A DNA stretch of 64,000 nucleotides, from the sequence record NZ_CP027239.1. One strand, given 5' to 3'. Under the pieces are notes generated by a model. That model saw only the letters and a program-made list of their open reading frames with translations, was not told the DNA's origin and did not search any database. This stretch comes from a plasmid. A program made the position numbers and the translations under genes. Shown piece by piece: positions 45,942-55,123 of the stretch (position 1 is its first letter; each line of letters starts with the position of its first letter).

Positions 45942-46805
45942 ATGACCAGCATCGACCTGGGCCAACTGTTGGAGTCCGGCACCCACAAACAGTGCCCCGA
46001 CTGCCAGTTCCGCATCATCCCGATCTCGGCACGCTCCTGCTCGCAATGCGCTGCCGGCCTCGCGGCGCCCTTGAGCGCACCCCCGAGTCGTCGGCGCACT
46101 ATGGCGCGCGGCGGGGGCCGGAAAGTCGCCGCCACTGTCCGGCACCTGGGAGATGGGTCCCGCACCGGCGCCGGCACCGTTGCCCCCGATTTCCGAGGGG
46201 GACTGGACGCAGCGACCGGCGGAGTGTTCTGGCTGGTCGCACACGGTGTCCCCGTCACCCAGGGGTCCATGGTGGCCGTGGCCGCCGGGAAGATCCGCCG
46301 CGACAACGGCCCCGAGCTGGTGGCCTGGCGCGACGAGATCACCCGCCGGGCACGGCTGCAGGCCGGAAGTGGCTGGACGCCGATCAACGGGCCTGTGCAG
46401 GTCGCCGCATGCCTGACCGTGCCGTGGCCGGCCCGCATGCCGTTCAGCGGTTTCTGCGAGGCCATCGACGCGGTCGGCGACACCCCGGCCAGGCTCGCCC
46501 CCATGGGCACCCCAGATGGCGACAAACTGCTGAGGGCGGTCCAAGACGCACTGTCGCCGCGCGGGGCCAACAGGTTCCACCTCCTCGAAGACGATGCCCG
46601 GGTCATCGACTCGCAGGTCAGCAAGACTTTCCCCGCCCCGGAGCACACTCACCCGTGGGCGCTGGACACTCCGGGCCTGGTGCTGCGGGTGTCGATTCTG
46701 GGGGCGGATGTCGCGCCGATGCCCGGTTCATCTCTGTCCGACCCCGGCGGGCTGCCGGACCCTGCACTGCGGCTGCACCGGTCCTTGGCCCGGCAAATCC
46801 GCTAG
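45942..46805 (+). CDS. RusA-like Holliday-junction resolvase with N-terminal CxxC..CxxC zinc ribbon
   Basis: CPDCQFRIIPISARSCSQCAAG ribbon. GTPDGDKLLRAVQDAL resembles the RusA catalytic D-x-D..K-x-x-x-D-A-L segment. Confidence 0.5.
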   Translation: MTSIDLGQLLESGTHKQCPDCQFRIIPISARSCSQCAAGLAAPLSAPPSRRRTMARGGGRKVAATVRHLGDGSRTGAGTVAPDFRGGLDAATGGVFWLVAHGVPVTQGSMVAVAAGKIRRDNGPELVAWRDEITRRARLQAGSGWTPINGPVQVAACLTVPWPARMPFSGFCEAIDAVGDTPARLAPMGTPDGDKLLRAVQDALSPRGANRFHLLEDDARVIDSQVSKTFPAPEHTHPWALDTPGLVLRVSILGADVAPMPGSSLSDPGGLPDPALRLHRSLARQIR

Positions 46806-46844
46806 TCCGCACACCTTCTCTCCCCGTCGTTAGGCTGCGCCACC

Positions 46845-48272
46845 ATGACCGAAACCCACCCCGGGCACGTCCAGCCCGCCAACAGTGCGGGCGGGGACGC
46901 CTCCAGCCTGTCTGAGCGGGTTGTGCTCGGCACCCTGCTCGACGGCGACAGTGAGTTTCTGCGCTCGGCGATGCCGGCACTGTCTACCGAGTCGTTCACC
47001 AGACCCGACTTCAAGGCGATCTTTCACGCGGTGGCGACGCTGGACCGGGTCGGCGATGCCATCGACGTCCCCAGCGTCATGCAAGCCCTGGACGAGGTAG
47101 GGCAACTCGCCGGCGTCGGCGGCCCGGCGGCGGTGACCCGCCTGGTCACTGACTCACTGGCCGCGGCCGTCCCGAGGGTGCATCTGCAGCGGGTGATTGA
47201 GGCGACCCAGCTGCGGCAGGTTCACGAGACGATGTCGCGGCTGTTGGCCGCGCGGGCGACACCGGACAGGGTGTTCGACGAGCTCGATGCGATCCGGGAC
47301 GTGGGCGCCGATGTGTCGGTCACGCTGCCCGACCTCGCGGACCAGCTCGACGCCTACCAGCGGGAGCTGCAGCGTCGCCGGTCGATGGACACTCCGCTGG
47401 TGGGTGTGCCGACCGGGTGGCGAGAACTGGACGGCATCTACTCGCCGGATCCGGACAAACGACGAATCGGGCGCCTGCCTGGCGGGTTCGAGCGCAAGCA
47501 CCTGGTGATGGTGGCGGCCCGCCCCGGCGTCGGCAAGACGTCGGTGATCATCGACTTCCTGCGGTCGGCCTGCAAATCCGGCAAGGGGGTGGTGTTCTTC
47601 TCCAACGAGATGCCGGCGCAGGAAATCATCGAGCTCATCGTGTGCGCGGAGGTGGCGCTCTACAAGCGGGACCGCTACAAGTTCCCCGAGGACATCCCGC
47701 CCAGCGGGTGGGACCGGATCGCCGAGGTGCAGGCCGACATCACCCAGAACTGGCACCTGATCATCGACGACCAGGCATCCACGCTGGCCGACCAGCGGCG
47801 CGTCCTGGCCGCCGCGCGCATGAAGTTCCGGGCCGAGGGCGTGGACCTGGACATCGCGTTCCAGGACTTCATTCAGCGGATGAGCACCCCGGGAGGCCGG
47901 GGCAGTAAGGCGCAGCACGAGGAGTTGGGCGACTTCTCCAAGGGCTGGAAAGACATGGCCAAGGAACTCGACATCGCCGCGGTGGTGGCGGCTCAGCTCA
48001 ACCGGTCCAGCGTGGAGGTCGATCGGCTGCCGCGCGCCGACGATCTGCGCGGGTCAGGGTCCCTCGAGCAGGACTCTGACGTCATCATCGGGCTTCACCG
48101 GCCCTACGCCACGGGCGGTCAGGAGTCCGGCCACACCGCTGATGAACTGCAGGTCGTGATGATCAAGGTGCGCCACGGCGCTGCCGGGCACGTCTTCGAG
48201 CGGGCGTTCGTCGGCGAGCTGGCGCAGACGATGGAACCGGCCCGACGGGCCATGCCGGAGCCCCCGCCGTAG
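46845..48272 (+). CDS. dnaB: DnaB-family replicative DNA helicase
   Basis: Walker A AARPGVGKTS, SNEMP, and the DnaB H4 region AAQLNRSSVEVDRLPRADDLRGSGSLEQDSDVIIGLHRP. Confidence 0.8.
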   Translation: MTETHPGHVQPANSAGGDASSLSERVVLGTLLDGDSEFLRSAMPALSTESFTRPDFKAIFHAVATLDRVGDAIDVPSVMQALDEVGQLAGVGGPAAVTRLVTDSLAAAVPRVHLQRVIEATQLRQVHETMSRLLAARATPDRVFDELDAIRDVGADVSVTLPDLADQLDAYQRELQRRRSMDTPLVGVPTGWRELDGIYSPDPDKRRIGRLPGGFERKHLVMVAARPGVGKTSVIIDFLRSACKSGKGVVFFSNEMPAQEIIELIVCAEVALYKRDRYKFPEDIPPSGWDRIAEVQADITQNWHLIIDDQASTLADQRRVLAAARMKFRAEGVDLDIAFQDFIQRMSTPGGRGSKAQHEELGDFSKGWKDMAKELDIAAVVAAQLNRSSVEVDRLPRADDLRGSGSLEQDSDVIIGLHRPYATGGQESGHTADELQVVMIKVRHGAAGHVFERAFVGELAQTMEPARRAMPEPPP

Positions 48273-48289
48273 GGGCGCCCCACCGCCGG

Positions 48290-49216
48290 CTAGGCGTCGC
48301 GCATGTCTTTGGCCTTCATCATCTGCCGCTCCCACAGCAGGTTCAGAGTCGAGATCGCGTTGTCGGTGACCGACCCCCGGATCGTCAACGCGCCCTCCAT
48401 CGTCAGGTCCCGGTAGCGGGACACCGCGTACAGGGTGCTGGTGGTGCCCAGGTTCCGGCCGTCCTGCAGCCGGGTCAGCGTGACCACGTAGACGCGGTTG
48501 TCGTCCATGCCCCAGTAGTCCTTCTCCACGGGCAGGACCTGCACCTTCTGCACGTGGTGGACACCGTCCTTGTCGAAAGTGGTGCGGGGGCACACGGCTG
48601 TCCACTCGTCGATCGTCGACAACGGGCGGAGCTCGGGGTTGGCGATGTCGATGGTCATCTGCGCGTTGTAGGCCACCAACGTCAGCGTCTCCCCGGACCA
48701 GCTCGACGACCAGTCCCGCGAGACTTCCTGCGCCTTCTGGTGCAGCTCCCCACCGGGCACGCACTCGGCAGGGGAGGCCGCCGTGATCGTCTCGTCCGGC
48801 TCAGCGATGCCAGTCGGGGCCTCGCGCAGTTCACCCACCCAGCCGGTGAACGTCGGTGCGGGCAGATCCTGGCCGCCGGTATCGACCAGGTAGTCCTGGT
48901 AGGCGGTGGTGTCGGTTTTCGGCTCTCGCCCCCACATGAACATCGTCGTGGTGAGCAGCAGGCCGATGATGACCACCATCGCCCCGGCGCCCATCGCGGT
49001 CTTGGTGCTGCTGGACTGGCCCGCGAACCAGTCGCGGACACCGCCGGCCGACTTCCGCACTGCCGTCATCGCCTTGTTGCTCTTCACACCCACGGGGCCC
49101 TTCTCGCGCAGTCCATATCCGGAATCGGCGCCATCGTCCCACCGGCTCATGCCGCCGCGATCGGCTCGCACGGGCGGCGGCACGCCCATGGCCCATGCTG
49201 GTAGCCGCACCGCCAA
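48290..49216 (-). CDS. Membrane-anchored hypothetical protein (single TM helix, extracytoplasmic domain)
   Basis: TM helix GAGAMVVIIGLLLTTTMFMW. The true start may be the internal MSRWDD.. at 49150. Confidence 0.5.
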   Translation of the reverse strand: MAVRLPAWAMGVPPPVRADRGGMSRWDDGADSGYGLREKGPVGVKSNKAMTAVRKSAGGVRDWFAGQSSSTKTAMGAGAMVVIIGLLLTTTMFMWGREPKTDTTAYQDYLVDTGGQDLPAPTFTGWVGELREAPTGIAEPDETITAASPAECVPGGELHQKAQEVSRDWSSSWSGETLTLVAYNAQMTIDIANPELRPLSTIDEWTAVCPRTTFDKDGVHHVQKVQVLPVEKDYWGMDDNRVYVVTLTRLQDGRNLGTTSTLYAVSRYRDLTMEGALTIRGSVTDNAISTLNLLWERQMMKAKDMRDA

Positions 49217-49234
49217 CGAAAGGTCAGTACACCG

Positions 49235-50359
49235 ATGCCCCCTGTGATGGCCGTCGACCTCGGGTCGGCCACGATCAGTGCTGCAGCAGCGCAGCCGTCA
49301 ACGGAACCGGACCCGGCAGTGCTGACCGTTGACGGCCGATCCACCTACTCGCCGGCGACTTGCGTCGACATCGAGGGGGTGCCGCACCCGTCGACGTGGT
49401 CGGGGTCAGCAGTCGACCACACACCGCGCCCCGACCTGCTCCTGGACCTGCCGCCGCAGATCATCGGCGACGTCCCCCTCTCGGGAGCGACCCTGGTCGG
49501 TGTCGCCATCGGACCAGCGCTGGCGGCTGCCGCAGACCACTTCGGGACCGAACCGACTGTGCTGATCGGGGTGCATCCGCACTGGTGGCCGGCGGGCAAG
49601 ATCGCCGACTACGAACGGGCACTAGCCCGCCTGACTCCCCACACCGCTCTCATCCCCTGGCCAGAGGCTATCGCCGCGCAGACCGTGCCACCCGCGACGG
49701 CCTCCCACGTGACCGTCATGGACTTCGGGGCATCAACTGCCACCATCACGGTGGTCTCCTTCTCCCGCCGAGGAGTGCCGCGGGTGCGGTTCACCCACAC
49801 CGACCGGGCTGGCGGGTCACGCGGTGTGGACCGGGTGATCGTCGCCGACGCAGCAGCCGAGGCCGGCATCGACCTGTCCGGGCAGGACCAGCACTGGTGG
49901 GAGGAGGCCGCTTCTCAGGTCGCGGCCAGTCGGCGCCGTCTGTGCACCGAGACCGGCTCCTGGCCGGCCGCCATCGACATCGAGTTCCCCGCACCGCTGG
50001 GCGCCCGTCAACTCCGCGGCCCCCGACTGCGGCAGCTCACCACCACGCACATGCAGAAGGTGGTGGCCGGGCTGATCGCCCATGAGGACGTTCAGTCCGC
50101 CTGGTCCGACGACCGCACCTCCACCACCACGCAGCCGCTGGTGGAGGTCACGGGCGGGTTCGGGCAGGACCCGTCGGTGCTGTCGGCGGTCAAAGCCGAG
50201 GCTGGCAGGGCCGACCTGGTGCCCGAGCCGGCCTCAGCTGCCGCATTTGGGGCGGTCCTGGCCCACGCCCCGGCGTGGGTTCCCGCCGATCAGAAGCCGT
50301 CCAGGTTCCGGTTCGGGCGCTCCCGCTCGGCCGTCCCCGCCCAGCGGGCACGGTCGTGA
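49235..50359 (+). CDS. Actin-like ATPase (ParM/Alp-type plasmid segregation protein candidate)
   Basis: Phosphate-1 motif MAVDLGSATIS and phosphate-2 motif TVMDFGASTATITVV of the actin/Hsp70 fold. Confidence 0.65.
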   Translation: MPPVMAVDLGSATISAAAAQPSTEPDPAVLTVDGRSTYSPATCVDIEGVPHPSTWSGSAVDHTPRPDLLLDLPPQIIGDVPLSGATLVGVAIGPALAAAADHFGTEPTVLIGVHPHWWPAGKIADYERALARLTPHTALIPWPEAIAAQTVPPATASHVTVMDFGASTATITVVSFSRRGVPRVRFTHTDRAGGSRGVDRVIVADAAAEAGIDLSGQDQHWWEEAASQVAASRRRLCTETGSWPAAIDIEFPAPLGARQLRGPRLRQLTTTHMQKVVAGLIAHEDVQSAWSDDRTSTTTQPLVEVTGGFGQDPSVLSAVKAEAGRADLVPEPASAAAFGAVLAHAPAWVPADQKPSRFRFGRSRSAVPAQRARS

Positions 50360-50796
50360 CCACCAAGGGGCGCCGATACCGGCGAGAGACGCTGATCGCG
50401 CTAGTCGAACAGATCGACATCACCGTTCCCGCGCTGTCGACCACCACGCTGATCCGGCGGTCGATCGCCCACTACAACCGACGGAACCCGACCTCGCGGC
50501 CCGCGAGCCTCGATTCCGAGACGGACTTCTTGTGCCGTCTGATGGTCAACTTCCTCAGGCACCAGTGTTCGGAGTACGACTCCCTGCGCACGTTCCTGCG
50601 CCAGCACGCCCACGGGGACGACCACGAGTTCGTCGGCGCCATCGTCAAGGGCAGAGTGCTGCGTTTGATCGCAGCGCAGTACCCGATGCTGCGTTCCGAA
50701 GCCCGGTCCCAGGCACTGCGGGAAGACCAGGTCGTCAACGGGGCGCCACGCGCCCGCGCCCGCGGCCACGCCACAACGGGACGACCGCGGCGATAA
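50356..50796 (+). CDS. Hypothetical protein (146 aa) translationally coupled to the actin-like ATPase gene; ParR-like adaptor candidate
   Basis: GTG 50356 overlaps the upstream TGA as GTGA. Basic N-terminus. No detectable homology. Confidence 0.4.
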   Translation: MTTKGRRYRRETLIALVEQIDITVPALSTTTLIRRSIAHYNRRNPTSRPASLDSETDFLCRLMVNFLRHQCSEYDSLRTFLRQHAHGDDHEFVGAIVKGRVLRLIAAQYPMLRSEARSQALREDQVVNGAPRARARGHATTGRPRR

Positions 50797-50832
50797 TCTC
50801 GCCTTCGAGCAGCGCACGAGCCAAGGAGCCCC

Positions 50833-51690
50833 ATGGACAACGGGATCACCCTGACCACCAACGGTCGGTCGTGGGTGTCGGTGGCCAACCCACTGCGCCA
50901 CGACACGATCGCCGGGCTGGCCCAGGCGCAAGCCAAGTACGACACCTCCCAGGTGTCGGCTCGATCCGGCGCTGTGGGCGTCATCGTCGGCGTCGCGGTC
51001 GGGCTGCTCGCCGTCCTGGTTGGCCTGCCGGCATTGCTGGCGGTCGTGTGCGGACTGGTGGCATTGCCGGTGGCCTGGCTGCTGACGTTCCGGCGACTGC
51101 GCTCTCGGGCGGCAGCGTTCGAGTCCACGCTGGCTGCCAACGCCGAAGGCCTGGGGCCACGACGGATCGTGCGGGGCGAGTTCCTTCCCGGGGCGTGTGC
51201 CGACGCCGCCGACCAGCTCGTCATCGGGACGGTGCAGATCCTGCAGTCCACCGCTTACCGGTGCGGGGCGCTGGGAGAGACCAGCTTTGTCTACGACGAG
51301 ATTCTCGACGCCACCTGGTCGCTGCTGCACAAGCTGCGCACCTACGAGCGGGAAGTGCGCGACATGGCGCGCATGGAGGAGCGGGCGTGCGATGAGCGCA
51401 CGCGCCGCGATCTCGCCACACTGGCAGACCGCATGAATCATGTGTGGTCCGAACAGCTACTGCCCTTGGTGGATGCCCACCGGGATCTGGTCCGGTCGGT
51501 CGCAGACCTCGACCGGTTCCTCGACACCCCGCATGCCAGGGACCACGGCAAGCAGTTGGCTGCAGCTGACGACTCTCCCCGCACGGCCGCAGACGACCTG
51601 GATGCGCTGACCGGGCGGGTCGCCGCAGCTCGTGACCGCGCGTTGGCCTACCGGTCCGGCTATCCCGACGCCGACACGACCAGCCCTTAG
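50833..51690 (+). CDS. Membrane protein (two adjacent TM helices) with a helical C-terminal domain
   Basis: GGAG lies 6 nt before ATG 50833. TM segments VGVIVGVAVGLLAVLVGLPALLAVVCGLVALPVAWLL. Confidence 0.5.
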   Translation: MDNGITLTTNGRSWVSVANPLRHDTIAGLAQAQAKYDTSQVSARSGAVGVIVGVAVGLLAVLVGLPALLAVVCGLVALPVAWLLTFRRLRSRAAAFESTLAANAEGLGPRRIVRGEFLPGACADAADQLVIGTVQILQSTAYRCGALGETSFVYDEILDATWSLLHKLRTYEREVRDMARMEERACDERTRRDLATLADRMNHVWSEQLLPLVDAHRDLVRSVADLDRFLDTPHARDHGKQLAAADDSPRTAADDLDALTGRVAAARDRALAYRSGYPDADTTSP

Positions 51691-51732
51691 GCTCAGTGCA
51701 GCCTGTCGACGGCACTACGAAAGGGGGACCGG

Positions 51733-52377
51733 ATGGATCGCGAAAAGCTCATGACGAGGCGCGCTGAACTGATGGCCCAACTCGCTGCCAACACCGTCGA
51801 GCTGGAACGCGCCGAGGAGCACCTCGAGCAGAGCCAGGCCATCTACCGGTCGACCACCGACGGGTTGGCGATGTCCTGGAGGGCCATCGAGCGTGCCTCC
51901 ATCAATCCGAACACCCCGCCCAAGGAGCTCAAGCAGCTCCTGCGTCTGCACGCCCGCGCGGAGACCGCCGCGGCCAAGGAGTACTCCGAACGCACGAAAC
52001 GGTGGGGGCACCGCAGCGGGGACGGGCACCTGTTCGCCTGTCCGCTCGGGGACGTACCGCGGTTGAACCGACTGATGGTCTCCGCCGACGTACTGGGCAC
52101 ATACCGAGTTCCTCCCGAAGACCTCGAGAAGCCGTCGTTCTTCACAGTGGCGTTGTCACGGCCTGTACCTACGGGCGATGTCAACGCAGACGGCGAAATG
52201 CAGATGGTGAGGCTGCGGTCCCGGCTTCGTGTCCCGGTGGAACTGCGGCAAGGCAACGATCTGACGCTGCGCGATGTCCTGGCCTGCCGCCTGGACGACG
52301 CCAAGGGCACCGAGCAGCTCGCCCGCTTCTTCGGCGCCGACCTGCTGGCCTCGGTTCGCGCCTCCCTGGCCAAGTAG
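51733..52377 (+). CDS. Hypothetical protein (214 aa)
   Basis: GGGGGA before ATG 51733. Confidence 0.5.
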   Translation: MDREKLMTRRAELMAQLAANTVELERAEEHLEQSQAIYRSTTDGLAMSWRAIERASINPNTPPKELKQLLRLHARAETAAAKEYSERTKRWGHRSGDGHLFACPLGDVPRLNRLMVSADVLGTYRVPPEDLEKPSFFTVALSRPVPTGDVNADGEMQMVRLRSRLRVPVELRQGNDLTLRDVLACRLDDAKGTEQLARFFGADLLASVRASLAK

Positions 52378-52462
52378 CAACAGTCACCGGAAGCGGTCCA
52401 CGACGAGCGATTTCGAGCCCCATCCGAGGTTCCCCGGCACGTTCACCCCTTAGGGTTCTGCA

Positions 52463-52481
52463 CATCGGAATCTGACTGCAC
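52463..52481 (+). promoter_or_regulatory. Motif-1 copy (CATCGGAATCTGACTGCAC), 20 nt upstream of the exonuclease-fusion ATG
   Basis: Sixth copy. All six are intergenic and face the downstream gene. Confidence 0.55.
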
Positions 52482-52501
52482 GCGACCAATCGAGGCACCC
52501 C

Positions 52502-54520
52502 ATGTGTCGATCCCAGCACGAACCCGGCGGGCCACGCTCCTGCCCGAAAGAGCCCGGCGACACCGTCGTCATGGCAACCCAGCGCGTCCAACAGCTCATC
52601 GACCGCAAACTCGAGCTCGAAGCCGAACTCGCACTGATCAACAGTGGCCTCCTCGACGGCGACCACACCCAGGCCACCCAGAAGCTGGCCGCGACGATCG
52701 AAGACGTCACCGCCGCTGACATCGCCCTGCGCGAGGCACACGCTGCCGCTGACGCCGTCGCCGCCCACAACGCCGCCCCTGGCAGCGCACTGGCGCACCT
52801 GAGCGACGACGAGCTACGCCAACACATCGACGACCGCGTCAGCGCTGACGAGTACACCGAACTCCTCGCCGTCCGCGATGCCGCCCGTGAGCATCGGGAT
52901 GCCACCGCGAAGGCCTACGCGGACGCCATGTCCGCCGCCGGCGACGACGACCCCGACGCCCTGCACAAGCTGGCGCAGGCCCGAACCGACGCCTACGACG
53001 CGCACTGCGCCTACCTGGAAGCCAACGCCCCGGTCGAGGAGTACAAGGACGTCACCGCCCAGGCGGCAGCCGAGCTCGGTCGCCGCAACCCGGTCCCCGA
53101 ATGGGAAGGCGAGCAGCTGGGGAACTGCTACAAGCAAGGCCACTACGAACCCGGAACGCGGGAGTGGCTCGAGGCTCGTCAGTCAGGGATCGGCGGATCA
53201 GATGTCGGGCCGATCCTGGGCATCGACCACCACGGGCGCAGCACCACCGACATCAAGAACTCCAAGCTGACCGAGATCAGCGACGCCGAACTCGAGGCGC
53301 AGGCGATCTCGCTGCAGTCCGCCAGTGGCCCGCTGGGCCGCGGGCACGCCTGGGAACCGGTCATCGTTCGGCAATTCGCCGACGACCACCCGGACCTGAC
53401 GGTGATGAGCGCCAAGGCCACCTGGCGCAACGACGACGTGCCGTACTCCGTCGTCAACGTCGACGCGGTGCTGTCCAGCGACGGCGGTGACACCGTCGAC
53501 GGGATCTTCGAGAGCAAGACCGGCTCCGACGCCGCCCAGTGGGCAGACGGGCCGCCCCCCGGATACCGGGCCCAGCTGGCTCAGTACCTGCACACCACCG
53601 GCCTCAAGTACGGGGTGATCGCTGCGCGCATCGACGACCGCGAGACCCGCTACTACCGGATCAGCGTGGACGAACCGATCGTCGAGGGCGGCAAGCCAAT
53701 CGCCGAGCACCAGGAGAAGCTGGCCTCCACCTGGAAGCGGTGGGAAGCCGAACGCCAGGACCCGCCCGGGCCGCGCCCCAACAAGGGCACCTTCTCCTGG
53801 GTGAAGAACCCCGGCACCGCCTCGTCTATGGAAAAGAACGCGACCACCGCACGCGACCTGGCCGCCTACCGCGGCATCAGCCAGGAGAAGGCCGCATCCC
53901 TGATCCAGGACGCCGTCTACGCGGGCAAGAACCCCGATCATGCGGTGCGGGACCTGTACGCGAGCTACGACCCGGCCACCGATCCCGACCGCCGCTACGT
54001 CACCGTCGACTTCGAAACCAACTCGCGCTCCGCCAGCAAGGGGCAGATCATCCAGACTGGTGTGGTCGTCACCGACGGCCGCGGCAAAGTCGTCGAGCGG
54101 ATCGACTCCCTGCACGGCATCGACCCCCGCATCCGAGACAGCCAGGGCACCGGCGCCACCAGCGTCCACGGCATCACCCCGGCCATGGTCGATGGCCACA
54201 CCCCGTTCGACCAGTCCGTGCAGCGCAAGCGGCTCGCGACACTGCTGGCCGACCCCAAGACCACGCTGGTGGCGCACAACGCGAGCTTCGAGAAGTCGTG
54301 GATCCGCTCCCACGGCATCCCCACCCCTCGCATCATCGACACGATGCGCCTGCGGCAGCGGTTCGACCACGGCACCGTCGGCTCCACCAACGCTGACTTC
54401 TGCCAAGCCAACGGCGTCGACTACGTCAACGGCCACAACGCGGCTGCTGACGCCGACATGACCAGCCGGGCCCTGCACGGGTTCATGCGCCGGCTGTTCC
54501 ACACGCCCCCCGGCTTCTGA
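52502..54520 (+). CDS. Fusion of a YqaJ/lambda-Exo-like PD-(D/E)xK 5'-3' exonuclease domain and a DEDDh (DnaQ-like) 3'-5' exonuclease domain
   Basis: YqaJ-like REWLEARQSGIGGSDVGPILG and IFESKTG (E-x-K). DnaQ Exo I YVTVDFETNS, Exo II LVAHNASFEKSWI, Exo III GHNAAADADMT. Motif-1 ends 20 nt before ATG 52502. Confidence 0.7.
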   Translation: MCRSQHEPGGPRSCPKEPGDTVVMATQRVQQLIDRKLELEAELALINSGLLDGDHTQATQKLAATIEDVTAADIALREAHAAADAVAAHNAAPGSALAHLSDDELRQHIDDRVSADEYTELLAVRDAAREHRDATAKAYADAMSAAGDDDPDALHKLAQARTDAYDAHCAYLEANAPVEEYKDVTAQAAAELGRRNPVPEWEGEQLGNCYKQGHYEPGTREWLEARQSGIGGSDVGPILGIDHHGRSTTDIKNSKLTEISDAELEAQAISLQSASGPLGRGHAWEPVIVRQFADDHPDLTVMSAKATWRNDDVPYSVVNVDAVLSSDGGDTVDGIFESKTGSDAAQWADGPPPGYRAQLAQYLHTTGLKYGVIAARIDDRETRYYRISVDEPIVEGGKPIAEHQEKLASTWKRWEAERQDPPGPRPNKGTFSWVKNPGTASSMEKNATTARDLAAYRGISQEKAASLIQDAVYAGKNPDHAVRDLYASYDPATDPDRRYVTVDFETNSRSASKGQIIQTGVVVTDGRGKVVERIDSLHGIDPRIRDSQGTGATSVHGITPAMVDGHTPFDQSVQRKRLATLLADPKTTLVAHNASFEKSWIRSHGIPTPRIIDTMRLRQRFDHGTVGSTNADFCQANGVDYVNGHNAAADADMTSRALHGFMRRLFHTPPGF

Positions 54521-54526
54521 CCGAAG

Positions 54527-54546
54527 CCGCCCGGCATGACCCGCTG
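54527..54546 (+). promoter_or_regulatory. Motif-2 copy (CCGCCCGGCATGACCCGCTG), 13 nt upstream of the HA-domain gene ATG
   Basis: Followed by GATAAG. Confidence 0.45.
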
Positions 54547-54559
54547 AGACGATAAGCGC

Positions 54560-55102
54560 ATGAGCGACGACGAGCAGCCCCCGCTCGAGCACGCGTACGC
54601 GGTACTGCAGTACGCGAGCTGGCGGGCGGCCAACCCCGGCCGCGGTGTGCCCGCGGGGTTCGTCACCGACAGCGGGTTCGCACTGGGGACCTGGGTCCGC
54701 AGGATGCGCGCCGCCCGCCGGGCCGGAACACTAACCGCCGGCAGGGTGCACGAGCTCGACGAGCTCGGCTTCACCTGGAGCGGCGACGAGGACCGCAGAC
54801 TCGGACGAAACCTACGCTCGGCGCACCGCTGGTCCGAGATGCTGGGAGAGCTGGACGCGTACCTCGCCGAACACGGCGATGTCATCGTCCCCGCCAAGTA
54901 CGTCACCCCGTCTGGAAACCGTCTCGGCGCGTGGCTGTCCACCCAGCAGCGCGCGTGGCGCCGCGGCGCCCTGGCTGAGGAACGACGCGCTGACCTACAC
55001 CGCAGGGGAGTGCGCCCTACCCGCGACGAGACCCTGCAGGCCGCCCTAGACCGCAGTCCGGTTCTGGCCGTGCATGATCCAGTCCGACGCCACCTGCCGT
55101 GA
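54560..55102 (+). CDS. Helicase-associated (HA) domain repeat protein
   Basis: Two tandem copies of the LGxWVxxQRxxxRxGxLxxxRxxxLDELGFxW pattern. A motif-2 copy ends 13 nt before the ATG. Confidence 0.55.
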   Translation: MSDDEQPPLEHAYAVLQYASWRAANPGRGVPAGFVTDSGFALGTWVRRMRAARRAGTLTAGRVHELDELGFTWSGDEDRRLGRNLRSAHRWSEMLGELDAYLAEHGDVIVPAKYVTPSGNRLGAWLSTQQRAWRRGALAEERRADLHRRGVRPTRDETLQAALDRSPVLAVHDPVRRHLP

Positions 55103-55123
55103 CCACCACGACCTGGGAGAGAA

